Origin: an uncultured Candidatus Saccharibacteria bacterium | Lineage (GTDB): Bacteria; Patescibacteriota; Saccharimonadia; Saccharimonadales; UBA10212 | Assembly: GCA_964514575.1 (NCBI GenBank) | Contig: CAZETJ010000001.1 | Span: 56,014 to 120,013 of the forward strand | Direction of reading: 5' to 3' | Length of the DNA: 64,000 nt | In this document: piece by piece, positions 56,574 to 64,000 of the stretch | Numbering within the stretch: position 1 is the first letter of the stretch | Layout of the letters: the number at the start of each line of letters is the position of its first letter | Translations under genes and position numbers: made by a program | The notes under the pieces: generated by a model | What the model saw: the letters and a program-made list of their open reading frames with translations, nothing else | The model's database searches: none | Told to the model about the DNA's origin: nothing

Positions 56574-58323
56574 CTTTGGCTAGCGAAGCCATGTTATGGA
56601 CAATGGTCCGCCCTAGCTTTTTATTATGTAGTTCGTTGAGCTTTTCCAAAGCGCCGTAGTGTTTTTCTAAATAGTCTAGGTGTTTGGCTCGTGCTTTAGT
56701 AAAGGCCGATTTGCTAAGTCCGGATTTGGCAATGAACTCGCTGACTTTCTCGCTGCCAATATAGTGAGGCAGGATCACATAAGTAGCGCCGGCCTCATAG
56801 AGCTTGGCCGCTTCGGTTGGGTCGTCGGCGTGCAGGATTATGATAGCTCCCGGGTTAGCTTGCCCCAGGTGCTTCAACAAAAATATATTTACGTCAAAAT
56901 CGGGAATAGTAGAAACTACCAACTTGGCTTTATTGACCCCTGCCTCCTCTAGAAGTTCGGCGTCGGTAGCGTCGCCGTACAGATAGTTCAGCTTGCGTCG
57001 TTCCAATATATCGATGACCTCAGGGTCATAGTCAATCACCACGTATTTTTTCTTGAGCTTGCGGAAAAGATTTATAAATTCGTGTCCACCGCGCTGGTAG
57101 CCGAACAGCACTAGTTCGTAATCCGGTTCCGGCAAAGGTTCGCGCGAAGCCTTTTTGCGCTCAAACATATCAAGTTGCTTGTCGAACAGTTTAAATAACT
57201 TATCGCTGAAAGTGATCATGTAGGTAGAAGCAGCGATACTAATTAGAGTTATAAAGACAATCACTGAAACCACTTGTGATGAAATCAAGCCTTTGCTCTG
57301 GCCCAAGATTATCAAGACGATAGAAAACTCACTGACTTGGGCCAGCGAAATAGCGGCTTTAAAGCTAGTGCGCTTGGTATAGCCCAAAATGCCCATAACA
57401 ATCATGGCGACCAGCGGTTTGATAATCACAGCAACGGCTACGCCGGCGATCAACAACCCGACCATAGAGTGCAGACTGGAGAAACTCAAGTTAGAACCAA
57501 GCGAGATAAAGAAGACTATCAAAAAGAAATCGCGCAGCGGCCGCAATCGGGCGCTGATTTCTTGAGCCGAGGGTAGGGAGGCCAAGCAAATACCGGCTAG
57601 CAGTGCGCCGATTTCGCTAGACAGGCCGATCTTAGAAAATAGCGCGGCGCTGCCTAGTCCCCAGGCGATTGCAAACAGAAACAAAAATTCCTGGCTGCCG
57701 GCAATCAAGTTATGCCAGCGTGGCAAAAACCTATCGCTGACCCAGTAAATCAATCCGCCGATAACCAGCGCCTTGAATGTCAAGCCAACTAACGAACCAA
57801 GGGCTAAGCTCTGATTGTGCCCAGCCGACGTCACCACCACTAGAGCGATGGCTATAATATCTTGGACTAAAGATACGCTGACGGCTATTTTGCCGTACAG
57901 CCGTCCCTGTTCCTTTTTATCGCTAAGCAGCTTTAGGATGATGATTGTGCTAGAAATGGCTAAGCTGGCGCCGAGGAAAATCGCACCGTTGCCGGACATT
58001 CCAAAGGTGCGGCCGACAATCCAGCCCAGCAACGTTATAAAGGCCACTTGGCTGACCCCGACCATGACGGCCGTTCGACCGACCTCTTTAATAATTCTTG
58101 GGTTTAACCCCAAGCCGATGATGAAAAGCAGTAGGGCGATACCGATATCAGAAAAAAGTGTCAGCGTCGAAGGCGACTTAGCCAAATGTAAAACGCTTGG
58201 GCCGACCAGAATACCAGTCAGAATATAACCAATCAGCAGTGGCTGCTTGATCAAGCGCATAACTAAAGCCACAAGAGCCGCGATGACGATGACTAAACTC
58301 AGGCCAGGGAAAATGTTGTCCAC
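56563..58323 (-). CDS. monovalent cation:proton antiporter-2 (Kef-type) with C-terminal RCK/TrkA-N domain
   Basis: 12-13 TM Na+/H+-exchanger-family core plus a Rossmann-like C-terminal TrkA-N domain (VVLFGYQRGGHEF…); 586 aa. Confidence 0.85.
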   Translation of the reverse strand: MDNIFPGLSLVIVIAALVALVMRLIKQPLLIGYILTGILVGPSVLHLAKSPSTLTLFSDIGIALLLFIIGLGLNPRIIKEVGRTAVMVGVSQVAFITLLGWIVGRTFGMSGNGAIFLGASLAISSTIIILKLLSDKKEQGRLYGKIAVSVSLVQDIIAIALVVVTSAGHNQSLALGSLVGLTFKALVIGGLIYWVSDRFLPRWHNLIAGSQEFLFLFAIAWGLGSAALFSKIGLSSEIGALLAGICLASLPSAQEISARLRPLRDFFLIVFFISLGSNLSFSSLHSMVGLLIAGVAVAVIIKPLVAMIVMGILGYTKRTSFKAAISLAQVSEFSIVLIILGQSKGLISSQVVSVIVFITLISIAASTYMITFSDKLFKLFDKQLDMFERKKASREPLPEPDYELVLFGYQRGGHEFINLFRKLKKKYVVIDYDPEVIDILERRKLNYLYGDATDAELLEEAGVNKAKLVVSTIPDFDVNIFLLKHLGQANPGAIIILHADDPTEAAKLYEAGATYVILPHYIGSEKVSEFIAKSGLSKSAFTKARAKHLDYLEKHYGALEKLNELHNKKLGRTIVHNMASLAKVKS

Positions 58324-58365
58324 GTTTAGCTACAGTATAGCTAAACGCTAGCGCTGATGTGAATC

Positions 58366-58599
58366 TTATGCGCCGTAAGGACCACCGCCGTAGCCGCGGC
58401 GTGATTGATGGTCGGAGCCAAAACCCTTATGTCCCAAGAGCTTTAAGATTGTAGAAAAACCCAAAATAGAAACTAGGCCAGTACCTAATATAGCCAAGAA
58501 CTCTTTGCGAGTAACTTCCTTTTCTTGGATTTTATTAAGCTGATTCATGTTGCTTCGGATTATAGCATAGTGCTTATGATTGTTGGACAGGGCGCACAA
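58366..58599 (-). CDS. small single-TM protein with N-terminal T-R-K-x-F-L motif
   Basis: Likely start at the internal MNQLNK…; TRKEFLAILGTGLVSILGFSTIL resembles a (variant) twin-arginine-like signal; Gly-rich C-terminus. Confidence 0.4.
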   Translation of the reverse strand: MCALSNNHKHYAIIRSNMNQLNKIQEKEVTRKEFLAILGTGLVSILGFSTILKLLGHKGFGSDHQSRRGYGGGPYGA

Positions 58600-59491
58600 T
58601 ATCCCAGGCCAGCGGCGTGGGCCTGAGCGTTATATCGGGCTTTAGAATTACATTTTCAGTTGTCGGCGGAATGACGGTTTCCTGAGCGGCGATAACTTCA
58701 ACCCGAGATTCGCCATGTCGTCGGTTTCGCAAGTAGACAGCCAGGACCGACAGTTGGTACATCACTAAAATCGGCAGAGCGAAAAAGAGCATATTTAGGA
58801 TATCGGTGGTTGGTGCCATAATCGCCGAGGCAATAAAAGCAAAAGCAATTACGTAGCGTTCAAACGACAAGAGCCGTCTAGGGCGGAGCGGCTTAATGCG
58901 GTTAATAAAAGAAATTATAAGCGGCAGCTGGAATAGCAGTACCGATCCTAGTAGATATACAGTGATAAAGGACATATATTCTTGGATGGTCAGAAGAGGT
59001 CTAATTTGGACGCTCGTAAATTGATGCGATAGAAAATGTAGCAGTAGCGGCAGGCCTAAATAGTAGCCAAAAGCACCGCCAGCTATTGCCAGTACGACGG
59101 AGTAAAAACTGTAGTGGAAGATCAATCTTTTTGTATGACTAGCCAGTAGAGGTTCAAGATAGCGGACAACTTGGTAGACAATTACTGGAATGCTAAGAGC
59201 TATGCCAAAGTAAAGGCATACCTGGAAAAGAAAGTTTAGGCCACCACCAGGCGTCGTGTAAATAAATTGCTGACCGTGTGACGGTTTGAGCAACCAGGCG
59301 ATGATTTGCTGCTGAATAAAATAACCAGCCAAAGTAAAGCTCGCTACGGAAACAGCAATGTAATATAAGCGCTTCCGCAACTCATGAACATGCTCTAAAA
59401 ACGGTCGTTTTAGATCAAGCTTTAGGTGCGGCTGGTGGCTGTTGGCTGGATTTGGGTTTGTCGCTCTCATTTTTGTTATTTTCATTAACAT
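58574..59491 (-). CDS. tatC: Sec-independent protein translocase subunit TatC
   Basis: HVHELRKRLYYIAVSV (TatC N-terminal signature), 6 TM helices. The annotated start overlaps tatA by 77 nt; the true start is probably an alternative codon near 59420-59470. Confidence 0.8.
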   Translation of the reverse strand: MLMKITKMRATNPNPANSHQPHLKLDLKRPFLEHVHELRKRLYYIAVSVASFTLAGYFIQQQIIAWLLKPSHGQQFIYTTPGGGLNFLFQVCLYFGIALSIPVIVYQVVRYLEPLLASHTKRLIFHYSFYSVVLAIAGGAFGYYLGLPLLLHFLSHQFTSVQIRPLLTIQEYMSFITVYLLGSVLLFQLPLIISFINRIKPLRPRRLLSFERYVIAFAFIASAIMAPTTDILNMLFFALPILVMYQLSVLAVYLRNRRHGESRVEVIAAQETVIPPTTENVILKPDITLRPTPLAWDIVRPVQQS

Positions 59492-59642
59492 CGCTACTCA
59501 TGCCCTTGCGCAATTCGTGCAACGATTGGCCGATACTTCGGCTTAACTCCGGCAATTTTTTACTGCCAAATAATAGCAGCAGTATCACTAGGACGATTAA
59601 TAGTTCAGGGGTACCGATATCTAGAAGACCAAATGTTGCCAT
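59415..59642 (-). CDS. tatA: Sec-independent protein translocase subunit TatA/E
   Basis: MATFGLLDIGTPELLIVLVILLLLFGSKKLPELSRSIGQSLHELRKG is the canonical TatA sequence. Confidence 0.85.
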   Translation of the reverse strand: MATFGLLDIGTPELLIVLVILLLLFGSKKLPELSRSIGQSLHELRKGMSSDVNENNKNESDKPKSSQQPPAAPKA

Positions 59643-59737
59643 AACTTTATTTGTCCTGCCTTGTTAACTATTTTTCCACCAAGACCTATAGATATATAAT
59701 ATTATCGTAAGCGGTATAAGGCAAGGGGATTAAGTAC

Positions 59738-59989
59738 GTGCAACAATGGTCAGTAGCTGATGTTTACGGTGGAGGCAATTACGGTGCCTGTCAATATTCT
59801 GGTCAGTGCGTAAGCGGTTCCTCTACTTTAAGCACCTCTGGCTTGAGCGGTAAAACGACTACGACCGCTTTGCAACCGGCTGCGGCTAGCTACCCGTGGC
59901 TCTGGGGGGCGATCATACTCATTGCTATCCTAGTTATAATGTTTATTCGCCGGCGGCTTCGCCGTAAACAACTTGACGCTCACTCTTAA
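59738..59989 (+). CDS. small Gly/Ser/Thr-rich protein with C-terminal TM helix and poly-basic tail
   Basis: GTG start; …ASYPWLWGAIILIAILVIMFIRRRLRRKQL C-terminal anchor-like segment; immediately upstream of the tail-fibre-like paralogs. Confidence 0.45.
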   Translation: MQQWSVADVYGGGNYGACQYSGQCVSGSSTLSTSGLSGKTTTTALQPAAASYPWLWGAIILIAILVIMFIRRRLRRKQLDAHS

Positions 59990-60006
59990 ATCAACCAAAT
60001 CTCTAG

Positions 60007-60012
60007 TATAAT
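60007..60012 (+). promoter_or_regulatory. -10-like TATAAT within a duplicated promoter/5'UTR module (copy 1)
   Basis: tcaaccaaatctctagTATAATaacctcaagcgctaaagagtgatgagggag…ATG. A near-identical module (ttaaccaaacttcttgTATAATagccttaagc…aaggagtggcgaggag…ATG) precedes the second paralog. Confidence 0.35.
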
Positions 60013-60060
60013 AACCTCAAGCGCTAAAGAGTGATGAGGGAGATTTTTTAAAGACAAACA

Positions 60061-62265
60061 ATGGCTAGACTACCAATACCTGGTTCTGACGACGGCACTT
60101 GGGGAGATATCCTCAATTCTTTCCTTGAAGTCGAACATAACTCTGACGGCACCCAAAAAACTCTTCCCGTTTCCAAAGGTGGGACTGGAGCCACTAGCGC
60201 CCCCACTGCCAGAACCAACCTAGGAGCTATAGCCAGAATCCAGGATGCGACGGATGTGAACCTAGCCGGCGCGGCCGACGGCGACCCGGTCGTGTTCGAC
60301 GCGGCATCGGGCGGGGCGAAGCACACATCCCCGTCTTTTATTAGTGCCTATCGGCTAACTAGCGACGGTACGACCGTAAAAGCGTACGACAAAACGGGTG
60401 CGCAGATTGCTTCTAACGTTGACGGTGGAGCCGTTCTTCAGACGATCTTTAGCGCTCTGCCTGCTGCAGGGGGCTTCATCGAATTCCGCAACGATGGGAA
60501 CATCTTCCCTTGGACTACCACGCCCCTTATTCCGAAGAACATCAGCAGCAAGTTGCTAATCCGTGGCAACGGGGCGACTGTTAGACTCTCCGCGACCGCT
60601 CCGACCTTCCTTGATGTTAACCGTACCGCTCCTGGTGACACGTTCCAGAACTTCGAAGTCTCCGATTTCATCATTGATCGCAACAACGTGAACCCGGCCC
60701 TCGGTGCTCCCGTCGTACTCGGCGCATCCACCTCGTTCCGGATCAACTGGAACCACATCATCATCCGCCGGATCAAGACAATCAACGTCCCAACGAACGC
60801 AGGTACCGGTGCGATCAACCGAAACGTAGAAATCATCAGCTACCATACGGATGCTGGCGAAGCGCAGACCAACGTTACCGACATCCTTATCGAGGACTGC
60901 GATTTCGGGGGCGGAAACTATGGCGTTTTTGTCGGCGGGTTGGTTGTAAATGGTCGCTCCTGTGAAGTGTTCGTGGATCGTGTCAAGGTGTATCGCATTA
61001 AACACGACACGCTCAGCCTCAACAACACGACGACGCTGCGCGGCGACGTGCATGTGCATATAGGTGGTTTCGGCTTTGGCGGGAGCTGTGTCATCCGCGA
61101 CTGCGAGGGCTACAACACGGGTGACACAGGCTACGAAGTTGATTCGATGATGTTTGCGATAGTAGATGGTTGTATCGCATCTGATTACTGGTCAAAAGGT
61201 TTTCTTCTTCGCAACTTCCGGGCTGTACAAGATGTCAATTCTCAGCTTTACGTCGTTCGTGGTTGCAAAGCAGCAATAGTAAATCTCGTTGGAAATGAAT
61301 GTCCACCGATTCAGTCGCAGAACGGTTTCTGTCTTCCAACGCTGAATACAGACACCCCGTTTGGGCACATCGTTATTTCAGACTGTGAGTGGCACACCAA
61401 GCAATCTCAATTGGGGGACGGCACCGGAAATATGCTTGGCTTGGCAATCCTGAGTCTTTGGCAGATTCAGAGCATCACTGTGCGCGATTTCACTATCGTC
61501 GCTGACGCTATTGCGGACACCTACGCTGGGGGAACGCTCAGGTTTGTTGCTGCAATATATCTTTTCCCCGCCACCGACAATGCGAAGATTCGGCTGGAAA
61601 ACATCCAAGTCATCACGGCAGGCACCGTGACTTCGCAACGTCGCTTGTTTTGGATTTGGGTCGGTTCAACCGGCAGCCATCCAGTTTCTCTTACTGCCGA
61701 CGGCCTATGGTTCTCGCCAAGCACAACTGGCGGCGGCAATGGACATCAGCGGATGATCAACCTAGGTTCCGGGTCGCCGGACATTGTGACCTTGCGAGGT
61801 GTTTTGCGGCGCGGGGGTATCATCAACTACGGTTCCGACGATACGCAGCCGGTCGGGGTCGGAATCGAGGGCCAAAACCTACTTGCCATTGATGGACAGC
61901 TAGTTTTAGAGGACTGCGATTTCCGTAAGTTTCCAAGCAGTGCGGCTGATATTCAGTTCGAGGCGACCGGTACGTCGAATGCGGCGTTCGTTAACGCCGT
62001 ACGTATAAAAGGCCACATCTACCCATATTCAACAATCGTTATTACTCCGAATGGCTCGCCATTTATCTGGCAGAACCTGCTTGGCTATCGGGCAAAGCTG
62101 CTGATCTTCGGCGGCACTGTTTCGGATATCCAGTGGTCGAACGACGGTAGCACATACCGAGACACGGGTTTCATAACTGGAGCGACTATCGACGTTGACC
62201 CGGGAGACTACGTACAGGTCGCCTACACCGGAGCGCCCACAATGCGCGCCTTCCAGGTGAAATAG
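60061..62265 (+). CDS. large phage-tail-fibre-like / beta-helix (pectate-lyase-fold-like) surface protein, paralog 1
   Basis: N-terminal LPVSKGGTGATSAPTARTNLGAI is the recurrent motif of phage tail-fibre/minor-tail proteins. The remainder is Gly/Asn/Thr/Val-rich with repetitive beta-strand periodicity (…NVEIISYHTDAG…CDFGGGNYGVFVGG…) suggestive of a right-handed beta-helix. No signal peptide. Confidence 0.65.
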   Translation: MARLPIPGSDDGTWGDILNSFLEVEHNSDGTQKTLPVSKGGTGATSAPTARTNLGAIARIQDATDVNLAGAADGDPVVFDAASGGAKHTSPSFISAYRLTSDGTTVKAYDKTGAQIASNVDGGAVLQTIFSALPAAGGFIEFRNDGNIFPWTTTPLIPKNISSKLLIRGNGATVRLSATAPTFLDVNRTAPGDTFQNFEVSDFIIDRNNVNPALGAPVVLGASTSFRINWNHIIIRRIKTINVPTNAGTGAINRNVEIISYHTDAGEAQTNVTDILIEDCDFGGGNYGVFVGGLVVNGRSCEVFVDRVKVYRIKHDTLSLNNTTTLRGDVHVHIGGFGFGGSCVIRDCEGYNTGDTGYEVDSMMFAIVDGCIASDYWSKGFLLRNFRAVQDVNSQLYVVRGCKAAIVNLVGNECPPIQSQNGFCLPTLNTDTPFGHIVISDCEWHTKQSQLGDGTGNMLGLAILSLWQIQSITVRDFTIVADAIADTYAGGTLRFVAAIYLFPATDNAKIRLENIQVITAGTVTSQRRLFWIWVGSTGSHPVSLTADGLWFSPSTTGGGNGHQRMINLGSGSPDIVTLRGVLRRGGIINYGSDDTQPVGVGIEGQNLLAIDGQLVLEDCDFRKFPSSAADIQFEATGTSNAAFVNAVRIKGHIYPYSTIVITPNGSPFIWQNLLGYRAKLLIFGGTVSDIQWSNDGSTYRDTGFITGATIDVDPGDYVQVAYTGAPTMRAFQVK

Positions 62266-62306
62266 CAATCTGCGAATCGAGCCTAAAACTTTAACCAAAC
62301 TTCTTG

Positions 62307-62312
62307 TATAAT
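62307..62312 (+). promoter_or_regulatory. -10-like TATAAT within the duplicated promoter/5'UTR module (copy 2)
   Basis: See copy 1 at 60007-60012. Confidence 0.35.
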
Positions 62313-62364
62313 AGCCTTAAGCTTTTAAGGAGTGGCGAGGAGCTTTTGATAAAGATAAACACAT

Positions 62365-64000
62365 ATGGCTAGACTACCAATACCTGGCTCTGACGATGGC
62401 ACCTGGGGTGATATATTAAACTCCTTCCTCGAAGTCTCTCACAATACTGACGGAACTCTAGATAGCAGTTCGCTGACTTTTCCGGGTGATGTCACGATTG
62501 CCTCCGACTCGGACGCATCTGGTGCCGGCGATATCATACTCAAAACCTCTACCACCGAACGACTGCGCTTCAATACAGCCGGGTCGATGCTGTGGAAGAA
62601 CCACGTTCTAGTCACGCGAACCTTTCAGTCACTGCCGCGCGCAGACATTCCAGTTGGCACGAATGTTTTTGAGATCGACGAGTATGGAAATGTCCTCTTT
62701 GGGCCCAACGACTTCCTTTTTACGCGTCAAGGCAACATCTTCCAACAGGGATCCATCCCCGACTTTATGTATCACCAAGAGACCAGGCGCATCTACACAC
62801 GCTCAGCCGCTTTTGTCGAGTTCGGCGATCCGCCGGATGTAATTATCGCTCGTGCTGGGCCTGACAATATATATCCGGGCGTTGCTGGCGGCCTAGCCGG
62901 TATCCCTAGCGGCACGACCTTAGGTGTGATTCGCTGGCAAGGCTCGTTCACTCCGCAGGGTGGTACGGTCGGCGTGACGCAAGGTGGTGCGTTCCATAAT
63001 GACAGCGCACAGATATACGCCAAGGCCACCGAGGACAACAAGTTCAACGGCGGCGTGTCTTATAGTCAGGGTGGTGAGCTGCATTTCGCAACAACCCCAA
63101 ATGGCACAGCCACGCCCGTCGACGCGCTGATCATCTCAAGCGACCAGACAGTGACCGCGAAGAAGGCTCTCACAGTCGCGGGTCTGACCGGTGCGACAGC
63201 GGCGTCGCGTTACGTCGGCGCGACGGCATCCGGCGCTCCAGCTACCGGTACGTTTGCGGCCGGCGATTTCGTTGTCGATCAGTCAGGCGCATTGTGGGTC
63301 TGCGTGAGTGGTGGTACACCCGGCACCTGGAAACAAATCGGGGGCACGTTCCCTGGCGGAGCGCCCGGACTCAAAAATGCCAAGTACGTTCCGATCTTTG
63401 GCTCGAACCTAGGCACTGGTGATCACGATCTCTACACTGTCCCGGTAGGTCGCCAGGCTCTCGTTGATCGTGTTCAGACGCTTTACAACATCGCAGGTTC
63501 CGGCGGCAGTATCGTCTACTTCCCTGAGATCAAGGTTAGCGGTACCTATTACCGTGTTGGAGCCAACGTGACCGCTGCCGATGGTGCCGCCGGGTCATCG
63601 AGCATGACAACCGCGATAGTGCTTGGCGCCGGGGAAACATTCGCCTGCAACACGGCAACGACCGCCGGCCTCAATGTTCGCGGCGGTGTATGGGAGTTCG
63701 ACGCAGACGATACGCGACTATTCACGGCTCGAAAACTAGGACTCGCTTCTGGCGACAATCTGCTCTACACCTGTCCTGCGGGCAAAACAGTTGCGTTCAT
63801 TCAAGGAGCTGAGTTTGTTACATCGATGAGTTCATCAGTACAAGTTTGCAATAACACAGGCGGGAGCCTCAATTATTACCTGAACGTTGTGCCCTCCGGT
63901 GGCAGTGTTGGCCCGACCAATCGGCTCGGCCCAGCCACGGCGGTAGCTGACAAAGCAAACACCGCTTTCAACGGCGCACAACCGTTATCGCCAGGCGATT
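62365..64000 (+). CDS. paralog 2 of the tail-fibre-like protein family (partial; runs off the window end)
   Basis: ATG at 62365; the frame stays open to 64000. The first 24 aa (MARLPIPGSDDGTWGDILNSFLEV) match paralog 1 at 23/24 positions; the rest is divergent and Gly/Thr/Ala-rich. Confidence 0.65.
   Translation, partial: MARLPIPGSDDGTWGDILNSFLEVSHNTDGTLDSSSLTFPGDVTIASDSDASGAGDIILKTSTTERLRFNTAGSMLWKNHVLVTRTFQSLPRADIPVGTNVFEIDEYGNVLFGPNDFLFTRQGNIFQQGSIPDFMYHQETRRIYTRSAAFVEFGDPPDVIIARAGPDNIYPGVAGGLAGIPSGTTLGVIRWQGSFTPQGGTVGVTQGGAFHNDSAQIYAKATEDNKFNGGVSYSQGGELHFATTPNGTATPVDALIISSDQTVTAKKALTVAGLTGATAASRYVGATASGAPATGTFAAGDFVVDQSGALWVCVSGGTPGTWKQIGGTFPGGAPGLKNAKYVPIFGSNLGTGDHDLYTVPVGRQALVDRVQTLYNIAGSGGSIVYFPEIKVSGTYYRVGANVTAADGAAGSSSMTTAIVLGAGETFACNTATTAGLNVRGGVWEFDADDTRLFTARKLGLASGDNLLYTCPAGKTVAFIQGAEFVTSMSSSVQVCNNTGGSLNYYLNVVPSGGSVGPTNRLGPATAVADKANTAFNGAQPLSPGD

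Noticed and set aside
1-64000. CRISPR arrays, rRNA genes, transposases/IS elements, alternative genetic code
   Set aside because: No regularly spaced short direct repeats and no rRNA-like sequence. No DDE/HUH transposase or integrase ORFs. Long ORFs terminate normally with TAA/TAG/TGA and show no in-frame stop readthrough pattern.

Overview
This window holds a bacterial chromosomal replication-origin neighbourhood (rnpA-rpmH | oriC | dnaA-dnaN-recF). The genetic code and start/stop usage look standard, and the organisation resembles a small-genome monoderm, possibly a CPR/Saccharibacteria-like lineage. Lineage clues are a short YidC, Jag, a phosphoketolase/acetate-kinase pair, uppP, ispH+idi and tatAC.

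The origin is flanked on one side by a co-directional operon for a 944-aa single-pass membrane protein plus a CwlT-like two-domain (lysozyme-like + NlpC/P60) cell-wall hydrolase and three small membrane or secreted proteins. On the other side is a ~28-kb surface-glycan locus (12.3-40.7 kb). That locus encodes a WbaP-type initiating phosphotransferase, Gmd, at least twelve glycosyltransferases, a Wzm/Wzt ABC exporter, several methyltransferases including a GT-MTase fusion, two Wzy_C/ligase-like proteins, GtrA, a nucleotidyltransferase+HAD pair, and an embedded secreted lectin-repeat protein that contains two perfectly identical 132-nt tandem repeats.

Downstream, a tRNA-Asn (minus strand) is followed by two tandem gene cassettes (an unknown 432-aa protein and a small-molecule SAM-MTase). 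Each cassette is bounded by a copy of a ~38-nt direct repeat and by partial copies of the tRNA 3' end; no integrase is visible.

The window ends with a small C-terminally anchored protein and two paralogous large proteins (the second truncated by the window edge). They share a duplicated promoter/5'UTR and a near-identical 24-aa N-terminus. The first carries a phage-tail-fibre-like 'KGGTGATSAPTARTNLG' motif, and both lie in DNA that looks more GC-rich than the rest. I regard this, together with the tRNA cassettes and the hydrolase operon, as the most interesting under-described content.
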